In this document: one piece after another, positions 52,701 through 64,000 of the stretch
Numbering within the stretch: the first letter of the stretch is position 1
Layout: each line of letters opens with the position of its first letter
Source: Botryllus schlosseri
Taxonomy: Eukaryota
Direction of reading: 5' to 3'
Assembly (NCBI GenBank): GCA_051294905.1
Contig: CM119372.1
Coordinates: forward strand, 16,928,001 to 16,992,000
DNA length: 64,000 bases
Notes under the pieces: model-generated
What the model saw: only the letters and a program-made list of their open reading frames with translations
Databases searched by the model: none
What the model was told of the DNA's origin: nothing
Program-made: the position numbers and the translations under genes

Positions 52701-55700
52701 ATGCACACTGAGTTTTCATGACATAATTGTTATCAATTTTGATGCGTATGGTAAGATAAGTGCTGGTCACCACTGCCGTGTATAGTAACCATAATAACAC
52801 CAAAGTGGCTAACATGCGATTCATTCCTACCACTTAGATATAGTCGATCCTTTCAGGGTCGTTATTCTAACAACGGCAGAGTGGACTCGTGATATTTCAT
52901 TACTCAATAATTCAGTTGCATCAGATTTATCATTATTTATCGAATTCGTGCGAATTTGCTAAAGAGCTTCATTCAATGTATACCGATAGCTGTTTCCGTT
53001 ATCTCAAATAGCTCTCGAACGTTGACAGGATGGATTAGGTGTGCGTAAGATCTTCCAATCACATTCATCTCAATCCCAATCTCCGTGTTACCAACAACGA
53101 TTTTTGCATCTGGCTTGCTTGTCTTCAGAAATAGTAACTCGCGAAGATCTGCGGGCTGATACCACGTGACATTTTTTCCCGCGAATGTTACAGAGTCGGG
53201 AATTCCATCGTGATCAACCTGCGAATATCACTCTTTCAAAATTTAAATTTACACATTGTAAACGACGTTTTGTCCAGAATAGTGTCCATTTCCAAAATAG
53301 CCAGAGAATGACTCTCGATTTGTTCGAAATTACATTTTCGATTTTTTTTCTGACCATTTACTGAAAATAATATAAACGAGCGACTATTTAGTTGGTAAGG
53401 CGCTTCACTCTTGAAAATGAAGACATGGACTATTCCAAAATTCTACTTCATATTAATCATCTTCTACAATTGCGTGCTTAATTATAGTTGTAACGAAATC
53501 TGTGCTGGAATGCTCGATTCCACTGGCAGTCCGTTCCGATAAACCTACCCGCAGCGTCGGCGGAAAAATTGGCTCCTGAGTAGTATCGTACGGGTTCAAT
53601 GTCGGCGAGCAGTTCCCTGCGAAGTGTGATACCAGTAAGGAAGTGTTTGAAATGCATTTAAAACACGGATGTTTAAAACAGTGCCTCTATTTAAAGCATG
53701 TAATTTTTCGTTGTTTTTATTTTATCAGTGACCTCCTATATATACCAAAAAACATAAAATGATAATATATGCTTGTATTTAAGAAATATTTACACTTGAA
53801 AGATTTACCAAGAGCTATCTATGCTCGGCAGACTGAGCTGCGTTGAACAGCAATTGTTTGACTTCCGTACAGACCCTTCACTGCTATCCATAAACACGTT
53901 ATCTTACAACTTGACCGGATTTACAAAATCAATAATAGTGTAGGCTCTATTCAAAATTTGTCGTGTGGACGATTTTATGAGAACGAAGGTGCATCAGCAT
54001 GCGGTGAGGGTAATTCCATGAACTGGTATCGAAAATAGGTACGCTTCGCTGGTTTTAGTTATCGAGAAGCAGGATTATTTTTGGCATACGCCTACACTAC
54101 TAAAAGTAGCATATTTTTGATATTTGTCGGATTTTATTTTTGGCAGTTTTGGCATCGCTCGCATTCTCTAATATACAACAAAAATCATCTTCAAGACGTA
54201 AGACGTTCTCAAAGACATAACGGTTCGATTACGCTGCATTTGAATTAGATGTCTTCGAGATATTTCTTGAGAAGCTGATAACACGACAAAGCATTTCTAA
54301 TTTAAAACCGCCGAAGATATTTACACCTCGTCATACTCCTGCTGGGAACAGAACTAATTTAAAGACAATTTGGATCGGTATGAAGATTTTTTCATCGTTG
54401 TTTTTCCTCGCTTTAGACTTGACGGTGTAACTTCATAGCAGTGGTTATTATGAACCTTTGACCGCGACCCAAGTATGAGTATCATTGGCATCTCGCGACC
54501 CGAGCCTCACACATCGAAATGAAAGCATTTTGTCTGCTAGCATGCTACGTTTTAAGGGCATGTATGAAACATAAGAGAAGCTGCGGACAACTGGTGAACG
54601 CAACGAAGTTTTATGGAACATGTGTGAAGCAGGGGATTTCAAATCAGGTTGATGAATTATTTTCCTCTGCGGATCGATGTGCACATTTGCACGCATATTT
54701 GGAGGACGGGGCTATTTGGTGCCGACCATTTCGAGAACCTGGCCTGGCCAACCAGCGACGGTCGGTATGTGCCAAGGTTTCATCGCCCACGATCTTTTGG
54801 GCAACGACCCAGCCGTATGTTGGCCAAACATTCATGTCTTCAGGTGTCCCAGGGCGGAAAAGCGATCTAGTGGGATCAAACCAATTTGTGCAATACAAGG
54901 TTATGATGCACATTTTCGTGATCAAGCCATATTGTCGTAACCAGTTTTCGGACTCATTGATTATTATAGAACCCAGCACAGTGACTTTGGATAACATTTT
55001 GAGAAACACTGGTTTAAAACATTGTTCAAAACACCTCTAAAACATTAATGCAATTAGTTTTGAATGCAACCCTAGGCACAAGGCTACAAAGGCGACAAGT
55101 AAATCTACGATTCGAACAACTCACAACAACTCACCGTTACTGATTTCCTTGGACTGCTGGTTCTTGCAACACTGCTCCCCCCTATCACACGTGAATGTCT
55201 GGAAGGCTGCAGTAAGTCAAAAAGTAACGATCGATTGCAATTTGACAATACCCAGCAGACATGCGCAGAGCCTACAAACCTGATATTATCGACCTATATC
55301 CAGTGCACCGGCACAAATTCCCTTGCAAGCAAGTCTCCATTTCTTTGAATGTTGGGGCCATGTTATTGCGCAAAAGGGTGTACATTGACATCACGAATCC
55401 TGGAGTGCAAAAACCGCACTGCGACCCGTGGTGAGCGGCGAGGCGTTCTTGAACTTGGTGCAACTTTGTCTTTGTGCTTCCGATTCCTTCTACTGTTGTG
55501 ACAGCGCACTTGTGGACCGACACGACGGACGCGAGGCATGCATTTACAGCAAAGTGCCTTTTGAAGTGTAAATGTTTGAGATAAAGTCATGGTGTAAGCC
55601 AGTAAATAGCGTCAATGAACAGGGAGATTTTATTTACTGTCATAGGCGAAGGCAATATAAATGCTGGTTTTATTCAATATATAATTTCGGCCACCAACAA

Positions 55701-56712
55701 AGCATCATAATCTTTGTTTTCATAAATTCACCATTGCTTTATTTTCTGTCGCATTCTACAACTGCACGATTTGATGCCAGTTCAAAAGTCATACAGGTAT
55801 ATTCGTTTACAGGTATTTCTAGAACTGACGCAGATTTCCACATATCTATGTTCATTGCGCGCTATTCTGCACATTATGCAAATTTGAAATTCGCGAGGTC
55901 GTTACGCTGAATTTTATGGGATTAAATACGCGAGACTTGTTGCAGATTTCCGAGTAATATTGCAGCAATGCAGTGCAAACTAGCCGAGTATGAAATCAAA
56001 TTGATTCATGGGATTGCTCGCAGTAACACGCTTTTGTATCTATAGATGACGTTCGACCACAAACCCAACCTCACAGACTTTGCGTTTTTGTCCCATTTCG
56101 AAACCATGACCGTACATGCTCCGCATCCTCCTTCGCCACAGCCGAGTTTGCTTCCAGTTAGTCTTACTAAACATGACAACGTGAACGCAACAATGTCAAA
56201 TCTCGATAGAACACAGGCTCTCAATCAGCAACTTACGTTTCTTTCGAATATAAGTCAGAAGAGTAGTTTCTGGGTCTGGGCTTTCTTCAACCACCTGTTG
56301 CCAGAATACACATAGATTGACGGTAAATACTTCGTATGTGGAACGTACTCGAGATTCAGAAGCGATGCCGCATGTATTGTGGCGCAACACAGGGAAGACT
56401 ACAGTAGACACGTATCCAATTACCGGGATTAGCACCAGGTGGGCGTTTGCGAGCGCAAGTGTATGCGAGAGTGTGCGCGACGCGTCAAATGTGAGAATGC
56501 ATACGCGTCAAATATGCGGGCAAAGGCTTCAGCGAAGAACTCAGACTTTCAGACGAATTCTTGAATTTGGGAAGCGAGTAATAACTTGGAGCGATAGTTA
56601 TGGGTCTGTTTTTGTTAAATGGACTGTTCCTTCATAGCAAAATCTTCGACAATTTGTCCTTACTAACCTTTCGTCCATTGATGAAAAATGTAAGAGCCAC
56701 ACGATCTTTCAT
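34729..56712 (-). CDS. XDH: Xanthine dehydrogenase/oxidase-family gene, copy B (29 coding exons, complete, 1328 aa by exon join)
   Basis: Exons 5'->3': 56712-56668 ([15 protein letters not shown]), 56294-56237, 56166-56070, 55557-55280, 55206-55135, 53616-53549, 53218-52984, 52014-51863, 51804-51598 (FFSGYRRT), 50045-49861 (RKEDDIA), 49018-48844, 48415-48329, 48257-48143, 48076-47904, 47835-47713, 47648-47545, 47473-47353, 47291-47164 ([10 protein letters not shown]), 46399-46312, 45813-45686, 45626-45476, 45261-45107, 40526-40358, 39142-39014, 37877-37750, 36847-36646, 36588-36400, 35760-35593 (AVGEPP), 34785-34729 ([22 protein letters not shown]). The sum is 3987 nt and in frame. 2Fe-2S, FAD and Moco domains are all present. 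Confidence 0.94.
36068..36376. mobile_element. hAT (Charlie-like) MITE in XDH-B intron 27
   Basis: TIRs CAGTGGTTCTCA...TGAGAACCACTG; TSD CACTACGT/CACTACAT. Confidence 0.82.
36890..37441. mobile_element. Left-truncated copy of the 7697-8323 MITE family
   Basis: Shares TCTCAGGAGTTCTCTGGAGG and GCCTCGCATTTCTGAACT blocks, and ends GGTTAAGAACCACTG. Confidence 0.72.
37918..38598. mobile_element. TAGGGTTGCA family MITE in XDH-B intron 24
   Basis: Left end TAGGGTTGCATTT, degenerate right end, and internal match (reverse) to 20778-21332. TACAGGTA occurs on both sides. Confidence 0.75.
39171..40270. mobile_element. 1.1-kb hAT-type element in XDH-B intron 23
   Basis: TIRs CAGGGATGCCACTG...CAGTGGCATGTCTG with a perfect TSD GACAGAAT and AAACCC subterminal motifs. 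Confidence 0.88.
40914..41922. mobile_element. Family H1 hAT element in XDH-B intron 22
   Basis: Colinear with 14861-16242 minus its nested insert; TIRs are degenerate. Confidence 0.85.
42902..44079. mobile_element. hAT-type element with TAGTG(T) subterminal motifs
   Basis: Ends CAGTGGTGCCACTC...GAGTGCCAACACTG; TSD ATTTGAAG/CTTTGAAG. Confidence 0.78.
44185..45072. mobile_element. hAT MITE with GAGTC/CAAGT subterminal repeats
   Basis: TIRs CAATGTTGGGAT...ATCCCAACACTG with a perfect TSD GTACATGG. A partial reverse copy lies at about 42295-42438. Confidence 0.88.
45923..46197. mobile_element. Short hAT-like MITE
   Basis: CAGTGGTTCTTGACC...GGTTAAGAACCACGG; the TSD is poorly preserved. Confidence 0.6.
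50404..50436. repeat. 33-bp perfect palindrome flanked by a 7-bp direct repeat
   Basis: GGACTAC-CGGGGCCTACGATACT-A-AGTATCGTAGGCCCCG-GGACTAC. Confidence 0.85.
50485..51407. mobile_element. hAT-Charlie-type non-autonomous element in XDH-B intron 9
   Basis: TIRs CAGTGGTCGGGAACC...GGTTCCCGATCACTG with a perfect TSD CCGTATAG. Same family as 57229-59786. Confidence 0.9.
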
Positions 56713-58329
56713 CTTTGCAGCAGGTTGCCTAATCGCCAACTGGAACCGCAATAGCCCTACAGTAAAGTTACTTTCCCGGAGTGACCTATAATGAAAATAA
56801 TATTATACCATGTCCATGGTGAATATATAAGTCGCCTGCACAGACTTGTATATAGAATGGCTAGTGGTAATATAGAACAAGCGCTTCAATATCTAACATA
56901 AAGTAATAATTGATCTTTCCCGTGGAATTCTATATAAGAATCCGGAAGTTATATATATAAATGGCCCTGCGGGAAAATAACCCTGTTATCACTAGTGGAT
57001 ATTGCAGGAACCAGGACCCCTATCACATTCAAAACAATCCAATTCGAATATGAAAAAGCCGATGAAATCCCTGGTACATATACAGTACATCGATTCCAGA
57101 ATCCTACGCAAATTACACATTTTATGTTTATGTTTAGGTATATTAGAACATGCATTACAAAGGGCATGAGGGTCTCCACCTAGGGTCCGTGTATACTCCA
57201 GCATAGTCATATTTATACATATACATAGCAGGGGTCGGGAACCTATGGCTCTTTTGGGTAAAAGATATTGCTCTTCGCCAAATCGTCATTTGTTTACTTA
57301 ATTTATCAATAACTTGGTGGTAAATTTTCATTCTCGTGCCAGTATAAACCTGTCTGTGCGAGGTCAATACAGTGGCGTATACAGGTTACGGGTCGCACCA
57401 CGCCCTTTGCAAAATCCTCAAATTCAAGTTGCTGACGCGCCGGCTACCAATATCATTCGCGAATTCGATGCACCCGCCTCGAAATCTTGGATCGTACGAT
57501 ACGTTGATTGATCAAAGAGAATAGCAGACAAGGTGATGCCTGTATGACAATGCAGTTTTCAAATACACATTGCGTTCCTGATCTACGGCGAGAAAAGAAC
57601 TGCCAGGGAAGTGAATGTCACAATTACGAATTCAAATTACATAAAACGCTATATCTATCCACGTTCTTGATTGGTAAGTAGCTTTTGTAGTACCGCCGTT
57701 AAAATGTAGGCGTAAAACGCAACGATATGTTACCGCAGAATACTTTGAAAATTGAGAAGTCGATCAATATGCAGATTTCCGGAGTAAGTGCGACAATCAC
57801 ATTCGAATGATATCATTTGTTAGAAATTGTAAACTATTTACAGTGAATTGCGCTACAATAGTAGAGGCTTGGCCCGGCTGTAGCTTACCTACGCCTTGGC
57901 TCTCCTTTCGCGTTTTTTTCGAACAAACGACATGCGATTGCGTGATTTTGAGAGTAAAAATGCTTAGAATCTATAGTCATTCATAAACATCGATAGAAAT
58001 ACGAATAATCATTGAAGGTTACACAATTTCATTCAATTCACTCATCGTGGCGACAGGTGAAGCACTGCCTCACTTTCACACCTTACAGTGGGTATGTACT
58101 GCTGAAGTGATCATGTTTGGCTCCACTTATACGCATGTGACCATGGGTATTCGCATTTAAACAATTATCAACCAGACTACACAGCCATCGGTAATACCAT
58201 GCAACACCAAAAGACGCAATAACTGTAAGGAGCGTGTAAATATTAGATTCGTGCCTTACTCTTGTCTACATCTGTTGGAATTCTATATGTTATTTGTCTT
58301 GGGCCTCGAAAAATCATATGCTTGTCACT

Positions 58330-59500
58330 CAGACTAGAACAGGGCTGGCCAACCTTTTCGACCAAAGGGCCACATTCGATTGACGAACTTTTGCGCGGGC
58401 CACTATCCGCGCGAAGCGCGAAAATTTTTTGAAGTTCATAGGTCAATAATATTGTCATCTGACTATATTGCGGGCCTGCTGTATATCGCTGGGCTATGTT
58501 TGCGAGGACTTGGCTATTCGGCGCATGGACATATCGATATCGAAAGCTGCGACCAACATGCGTAAATCATTTCGTGCCTATAGGTTTCATAGTCGACGGT
58601 CTTACTGCGAGCGCAAACGCAAGGTCGCATATGTTGAACGACACTTTGTCTCGTAATCGCGAATATAGCTAGACTCAATCTGATACATTAGGTGCTCTTA
58701 CATTTTCACAAAAGGGCAGCAATATTAAAAACAAGAAATCGAGTGACAACATTTTGCGCTAAACTTGTAGAAAATTTTTACCTTTGATAAATCAATCGCA
58801 AATTATTCTGCTTTATTGTAGTGTACGAAGATATACCAATATGTGAATGGCTGATGGATCTGTCAATGCGTCGGAACTGATATTTTAGTCATCACATCTC
58901 AAGTGTTGCGGCCAGACTAATCAAAATTTTCGCAATCAAAGTTCGCAATCTGTGCAATCCATTTTTGATGATATTAGAAATTTCGGAAATTATCTCGCGG
59001 GCCACTCAAAACCTTCTCGCGGGCCACATGTGGCCCGCGGGCCACGGGTTGGCCGGCCCTGGACTAGAACAAATTATACTGGATTTTCCTAAAGCTCAAC
59101 TAGAATCGATTCTGCATTTTTACTGTGAATTTAGCTGATTTATTTATCAGTCGTCTCAACACTACACAGCAGTTGCCTTCTAAACCTACACCGCCCCATT
59201 TGCTCTCAGCGCCCCCCCCCCCCCCCTACCGCCCAATCTTATAGCCAACGCCCACCAATCGCCCGTTTCATGGCCAGCGCCCCCTTCACGCTCGCGAACT
59301 CTCCCAGGGGGCGCTGGCGCCCACTTGGTGAACCACTGAACTAGAACTAGAACTACTCACTTTTCAAAATCCGCAACTAGAACTAGAACTAAAACTCCTC
59401 AATTTTCAAAATCCGCAACTAGAATTGGAACTAAAACTATTCAAAAAACCGTTATTTAGTTGACCGTCAACTAACTAAATAGGTAGTTTGTACCAGTCTG
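58330..59500. mobile_element. Nested MITE with AACTAG repeats
   Basis: Ends CAGACTAGAAC...GTACCAGTCTG; flanks TTGTCACT/CTGTCATT (6/8). Confidence 0.6.
58340..59061. mobile_element. Charlie-like MITE inserted in the left TIR of the AACTAG element
   Basis: TIRs CAGGGCTGGCCAACC...GGTTGGCCGGCCCTG with a perfect TSD GACTAGAA. Confidence 0.88.
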
Positions 59501-62176
59501 CTGTCATTGTAATAGTTCTGAAATACAATTAAAAAGATGTACCTTGCAAATGTAACCCAAGTTTCGCATGCTCAAATAAGGCAGCCAGCATGATCATAGT
59601 ACGAGTTTTTACAGATAAAATATAGCGCACGCGACGAATCCCATGTAGTGAGTTCGAATTAGTGCTACAATGATATTACGAATTTTCAATTGTGACGTAG
59701 CAGTTAATTGATGCTCAGTCCGGGAGTTAAAATGGAAAATATAGGGCCTATATGGTTCTTCGCAGGAAAAAGGTTCCTGACCCCTGATATATAGCCTTAT
59801 GGCATGCACAATTGCACATAGATGCATTTGAATGAAATGAAACAAATCACTAAAGAAATTATTATAATATATAGATAAAAAGCGGAATCACGAAACAAAG
59901 GTAGTTGTAACTTTGTCCATTTGATATATAACAAGACAGCTAGATGAGCTGCTGGGATGTTAGGTAGTCTGCTTATTAACGCGAACGAAACAATTACATA
60001 CTTAACCCAGCTCGTCGTCTCAACTATATGGGAAAATTGAATGCCAATGCATTTCAATATCCAATACTCATCTTAAAATTTCGAAGCTCATCCTTACCAC
60101 CAAGCCGTGTGCACTATTATGCAACATGGGCAAATTGGCTCATCGAAATGGCAATAGTTTTGATCGGGACGGTCTCTTTCGGATATGTTTTATGCTTCCT
60201 ACGAATCGAGGAGCCTAATCCACCGCAAGCACTTGCGTTAATGAATTGTGCAGACTTTCAAAACAGTTTGACATGAATGATGCAATTAAGCCTTTCAGCT
60301 GCTGTCGATTTGGTAACAATGGACAATGTGAATGACTATCAATATTGGAAGAGGAAGTACCATTGACAATGTCGTCTACTTGCAGTGCTTTGCACCAATC
60401 AACAGCGAAGTTGCACCCTCAAATTCTTATAGTACGGCATTCTTTGCAGCAACATTATTCCCCTTGCTACCATATGAACCTGTTTATAATTCGTTTAACT
60501 TCAATATAGGCAAAAAGCGCTATTTAATCACTGCGGAAATCATCATGAAATTTATAAATAACATGATGTAGGCTACGTGTGTTGCCTGTCATAGTATTAC
60601 TGAGTGTGGATCATATAGGCTTTCGATTTCCAACAACGTTCAGATGCATTAGTACGTGATATGACAGCTTCAACGAAGTTTCTTGGCGTCGTGTACTGTA
60701 CAACGTCAACAGTCCCATATATTTATCATAGAAGTTGCTTCAATTGCTGGTATTGCATGAGATTCAAAAGTCGTATAGCAGGGACACGGGCTAGACACTA
60801 ATTTAGCGGCTTTTTGCGGAAAATGGCTGCTTCCAAAATATTTTTCAATTTTACAACTTTAACGTGAGACCATATCGTATTCACAATCACGCTCCACAAT
60901 TGTCTACAATTGTGTCGACTATACTTATCTAATTTCATGAGCGGAGCTCTAGTTCCATACACTCACCTACCGGTTGCAGCTTCTCGCTAGGAAGCTATCT
61001 TTTTAGTGCGGTTCGAGCAGATGCCATAGACCTCATATATTTCTTATACGCTGTATTAGATATATCCACATCGTGTATACACTGTACTCAGCTGCATCAC
61101 GATTCACGCCACATATATTCATATTGCATCGCTGGCGTACCCTAAATAACATTGTGTTTAAAATAAAAAAATTTACAACACAGATGTTTAAAACAGGGCC
61201 ATTGTTTGAGTAATTTGGACAAATAGTCTCGTGTCGTCAAACACGTAACAGCTACAGAACGACATAAGAGATTGGTGAGTGACATGGCACTAGCACAGTG
61301 TTTCTTAATCTGGTCTCAAGCGCCCCCCCCCCCAAGGGGGCGGAAACTCTTAGGGGGCGATATGGGGGCGCTGAAGAAAAATGGCGTCGCAATAGAGGGT
61401 GAAGTAGGGACATATGATTATATAGTAGAGCAATAGTTCTATACATACCTGAGTTCTCATAGCATATTAATATTCGACAAAATCTGTCAAATGTCGAAAT
61501 TTTTCGTCGCACTACGCGCGAAATATATGCCGACTATGTTTGCAACATATTTCCATGTATGCAGTGGCTTATTATAATTCATTCAAAATTGATTGCGCGT
61601 ACTTTTACTCCGCCAATTCCCCGTTAAAACACTCCCGTCACACTAGCTAGGGTTATTGTCCACAACTAGGTATTTTATCCGACAGCGAACAGCGTGTAGA
61701 AATCTAAGAAAGAGGCACTGTACCACTTAAGAGTGAGAGCCCTTTGTACATTAAAGATGCTTTGAAGCTTTTTGCTCAGAATGATTAAATAACTATATTT
61801 GTATTTGAGAGCTACAAAATTAAATCTTCATAACATTTCCTCCTCGGATCATAAAGGATGATACTGTTTATCGCGTTGTGAGACGCATCCTCACATGAAC
61901 GTTACATAACGTGGGTTGCTTTGTTTTGGAATACATTCATGTTAAAGTTGATACCTGGGTGCAGTACTAAATTCAATGCGAGCAATTCAATTTTTTCAAT
62001 TCAATGTATTGCTAAAAGTTTCATCATTTCAATACACCACAAGAATGCGATACAATGAAATATATAGGAAGGTGTCGATACGACTTGGAGATCAGACACC
62101 CACCTGGCCTATAGACGATGTAACAAAGGAAGCATGCAAATATCTCTACCACTTTCTCAGTTGACTTACTAGTCAT

Positions 62177-64000
62177 TAGGGATGTTGTGAACGCGAAGTT
62201 CACGATCGCGTTCTGTGTGTGAACCTCAGAAATTTAGAGGTTCTCGTTCACAAACGAATCTTGGTAGGTTCTGCACTGTGAACCTTTTTCATATGTTACA
62301 ATTTTCGCTTTATTATAACATCTTTGGTTGAAATTTATTGCATTTCAACTGCTGGCCACGCTATGCATGACGCTGGCAGCGTAAAAAAATCAACACTAAA
62401 TGAGCATGCACCTTGACAATCTCCAAAATTTTACTTGCTTCGTTACAAAAGTTTGCTCGAAGTATCCAACTTTCCGTTTGTGAATATTTAGTGACTTCTA
62501 TCTCTGATGTGAGCTTGACTCGCAATCACACAACATCAAGAGCGAAATACACTACATGTAGTCAGGGAATGATGCTTGTTCAGCCAATCAATGAGATTGA
62601 TATCGTTGTCTGATGTAAAAAATCTGGCAGGAGTACGTTGTCAATCTTGACTTCATATGTTTACTGTATCGTGAAAACGAAATCCGTGCGATTGGGGTGT
62701 TGGCTACTGCTGTGTAACTTGTTAATGGGGTAATATTGGTAGCAAATACAGAAACCCGTTTTACACTCTACTCAGTACCAACGTAGCAATACTCAGCGTG
62801 CCAAAATGTCAACAATGTGAAATTATTACCAACTGGCGTGCCAAGCATTTTTAATATGTCTTACTTAGCGTTTCGAGCAAGGAATCCCACCAACCGGTTA
62901 TCTGTACCTGGCAACGGCCTCGGTTACGACAGTGATTCTTAAATTATTGATTGCTACCGCACTAGACATATCGCTTTACGTACTATTTGAACCTTTTGTT
63001 TTCAGTTGCGCAATTATTCTGTGGTTGCTTTGGTCATTTCCAAGCAAACTGCGTTCGCTACCATATCCTATAAGTGACAGGCCAATCAATGTTGTTACGA
63101 TGATATGTCCTAATGATGAAAAATGTTCCTGCCCACTGTAGCAGTGTACCATACAAGTTTGATGTCACATTGAGGTTGGTCTGGCACTAGATTTGACTGC
63201 TAAGCTCCAAAGGTCGCGGTAAAGCGGTAAAGGTTGCCGTTGCTCCAGATATATTGGAATCACTTACACGTATTGGACGAAACTAAAATAATATCTACTT
63301 TTGTGAGATGAGCACGATTCCAAATCCGCATTTAGACACAGGGCTCATTATATTTTCCTCGGTGGGTCTCATTTGATACAATGTGGAACGTTTTGGTTAT
63401 TTTTTTTTTCTTCAAGGTTTTATTGCCGCTAATCATTTAGCAGTGCACACACCGCACGGAGTCGCATGCTGCCCGAAACGCAACGTCGATGTCGTGTCTT
63501 CTATAGCGTGGAAATATCAAGCGCCGAAATGCCGGCTCATTTCATCGTCGCGCTCCCGCAGGCTGCACATTGCACAAGCACACTCTCAGACTAAAGCACC
63601 AAAACGGTTTCATACGATGTCAAGTTGCGGTTCTTGCATAATTGATAATACGATTGGACTCATTTCTGTACCTTATACATATTCGTGGGGGGCTACCACA
63701 TTATAATCATGAAATCAGGTCCCAATAAATTCCGCGAAGCGCGGAAAACAATTTCAAGATAATTAAAATCTGCCCCAAAAGACTCTCTTTGATGTTGATT
63801 TACGAAATATTTGTGGGTCGCCTACGAGCTTTGTACATTTTAAAAACTTCTATTTCACTTTTTACTAAAACATGGTTGTAATACGTCGTTTGCGTCAAAT
63901 CATTTGGCGTGGCATGAAAAATCAGCTCGCGTGCCACAAATGGCACGCGTGCCGGGGTTTGCCGACCCCTGACTTACATTGTCCGGTCTGGCCTAGACCG
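62177..64000. mobile_element. Family H1 hAT element, interrupted and running off the window end
   Basis: It follows the H1 sequence from TAGGGATGTTGTGAAC to about 62796, then resumes at about 63975 (TACATTGTCCGGTCTGGCCTAGACCG) after a 1.2-kb insert ending TTTGCCGACCCCTG. Confidence 0.82.

Larger units (their letters stand above)
57229..59786. mobile_element. hAT-Charlie-type element upstream of XDH-B with multiply nested insertions
   Basis: TIRs CAGGGGTCGGGAACC...GGTTCCTGACCCCTG; TSD ATACATAG/ATATATAG. Both ends align to 50485-51407. Confidence 0.85.

Noticed and set aside
54519..55040. 173-aa and 121-aa ORFs in XDH-B intron 5
   Set aside because: They lie inside repeat-like sequence ending in a hAT-like terminus, and I recognised no protein motif.
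34729..56712. Calling either gene a typical aldehyde oxidase or a pseudogene
   Set aside because: E802, the NAD-site Tyr and DDIA are XDH-type, and all exons join in frame without stops.
60000..60760. Possible decayed transposase
   Set aside because: No convincing motif could be read in any frame by eye.

Overview
This is eukaryotic, intron-rich genomic DNA. Short 55-130 bp introns and chordate-like exon sizes suggest an invertebrate chordate such as an ascidian, but that is inference. The window holds two tandem minus-strand xanthine dehydrogenase-family (molybdo-flavoenzyme) genes, each with 29 coding exons and identical intron positions. Copy A runs from 19150 to beyond base 1, and copy B (56712-34729) is complete at 1328 codons by my exon join. 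Both keep the XDH residues equivalent to E802, E1261 and the NAD-site Tyr, but both replace purine-binding Arg880 with Lys and lack Trp336. Introns and intergenic DNA are packed with hAT-type non-autonomous elements (8-bp TSDs, several nested), two decayed Charlie-type transposases and a LINE fragment. The most notable non-genic signal is two Penelope-like retroelement remnants whose inverted pseudo-LTRs carry minimal type I hammerhead ribozyme motifs (five motifs in total, including a U3-A8 core variant). One of these motifs lies in the sense strand of XDH-A intron 1. All coordinates and alignments were read by eye, and no searches were run.
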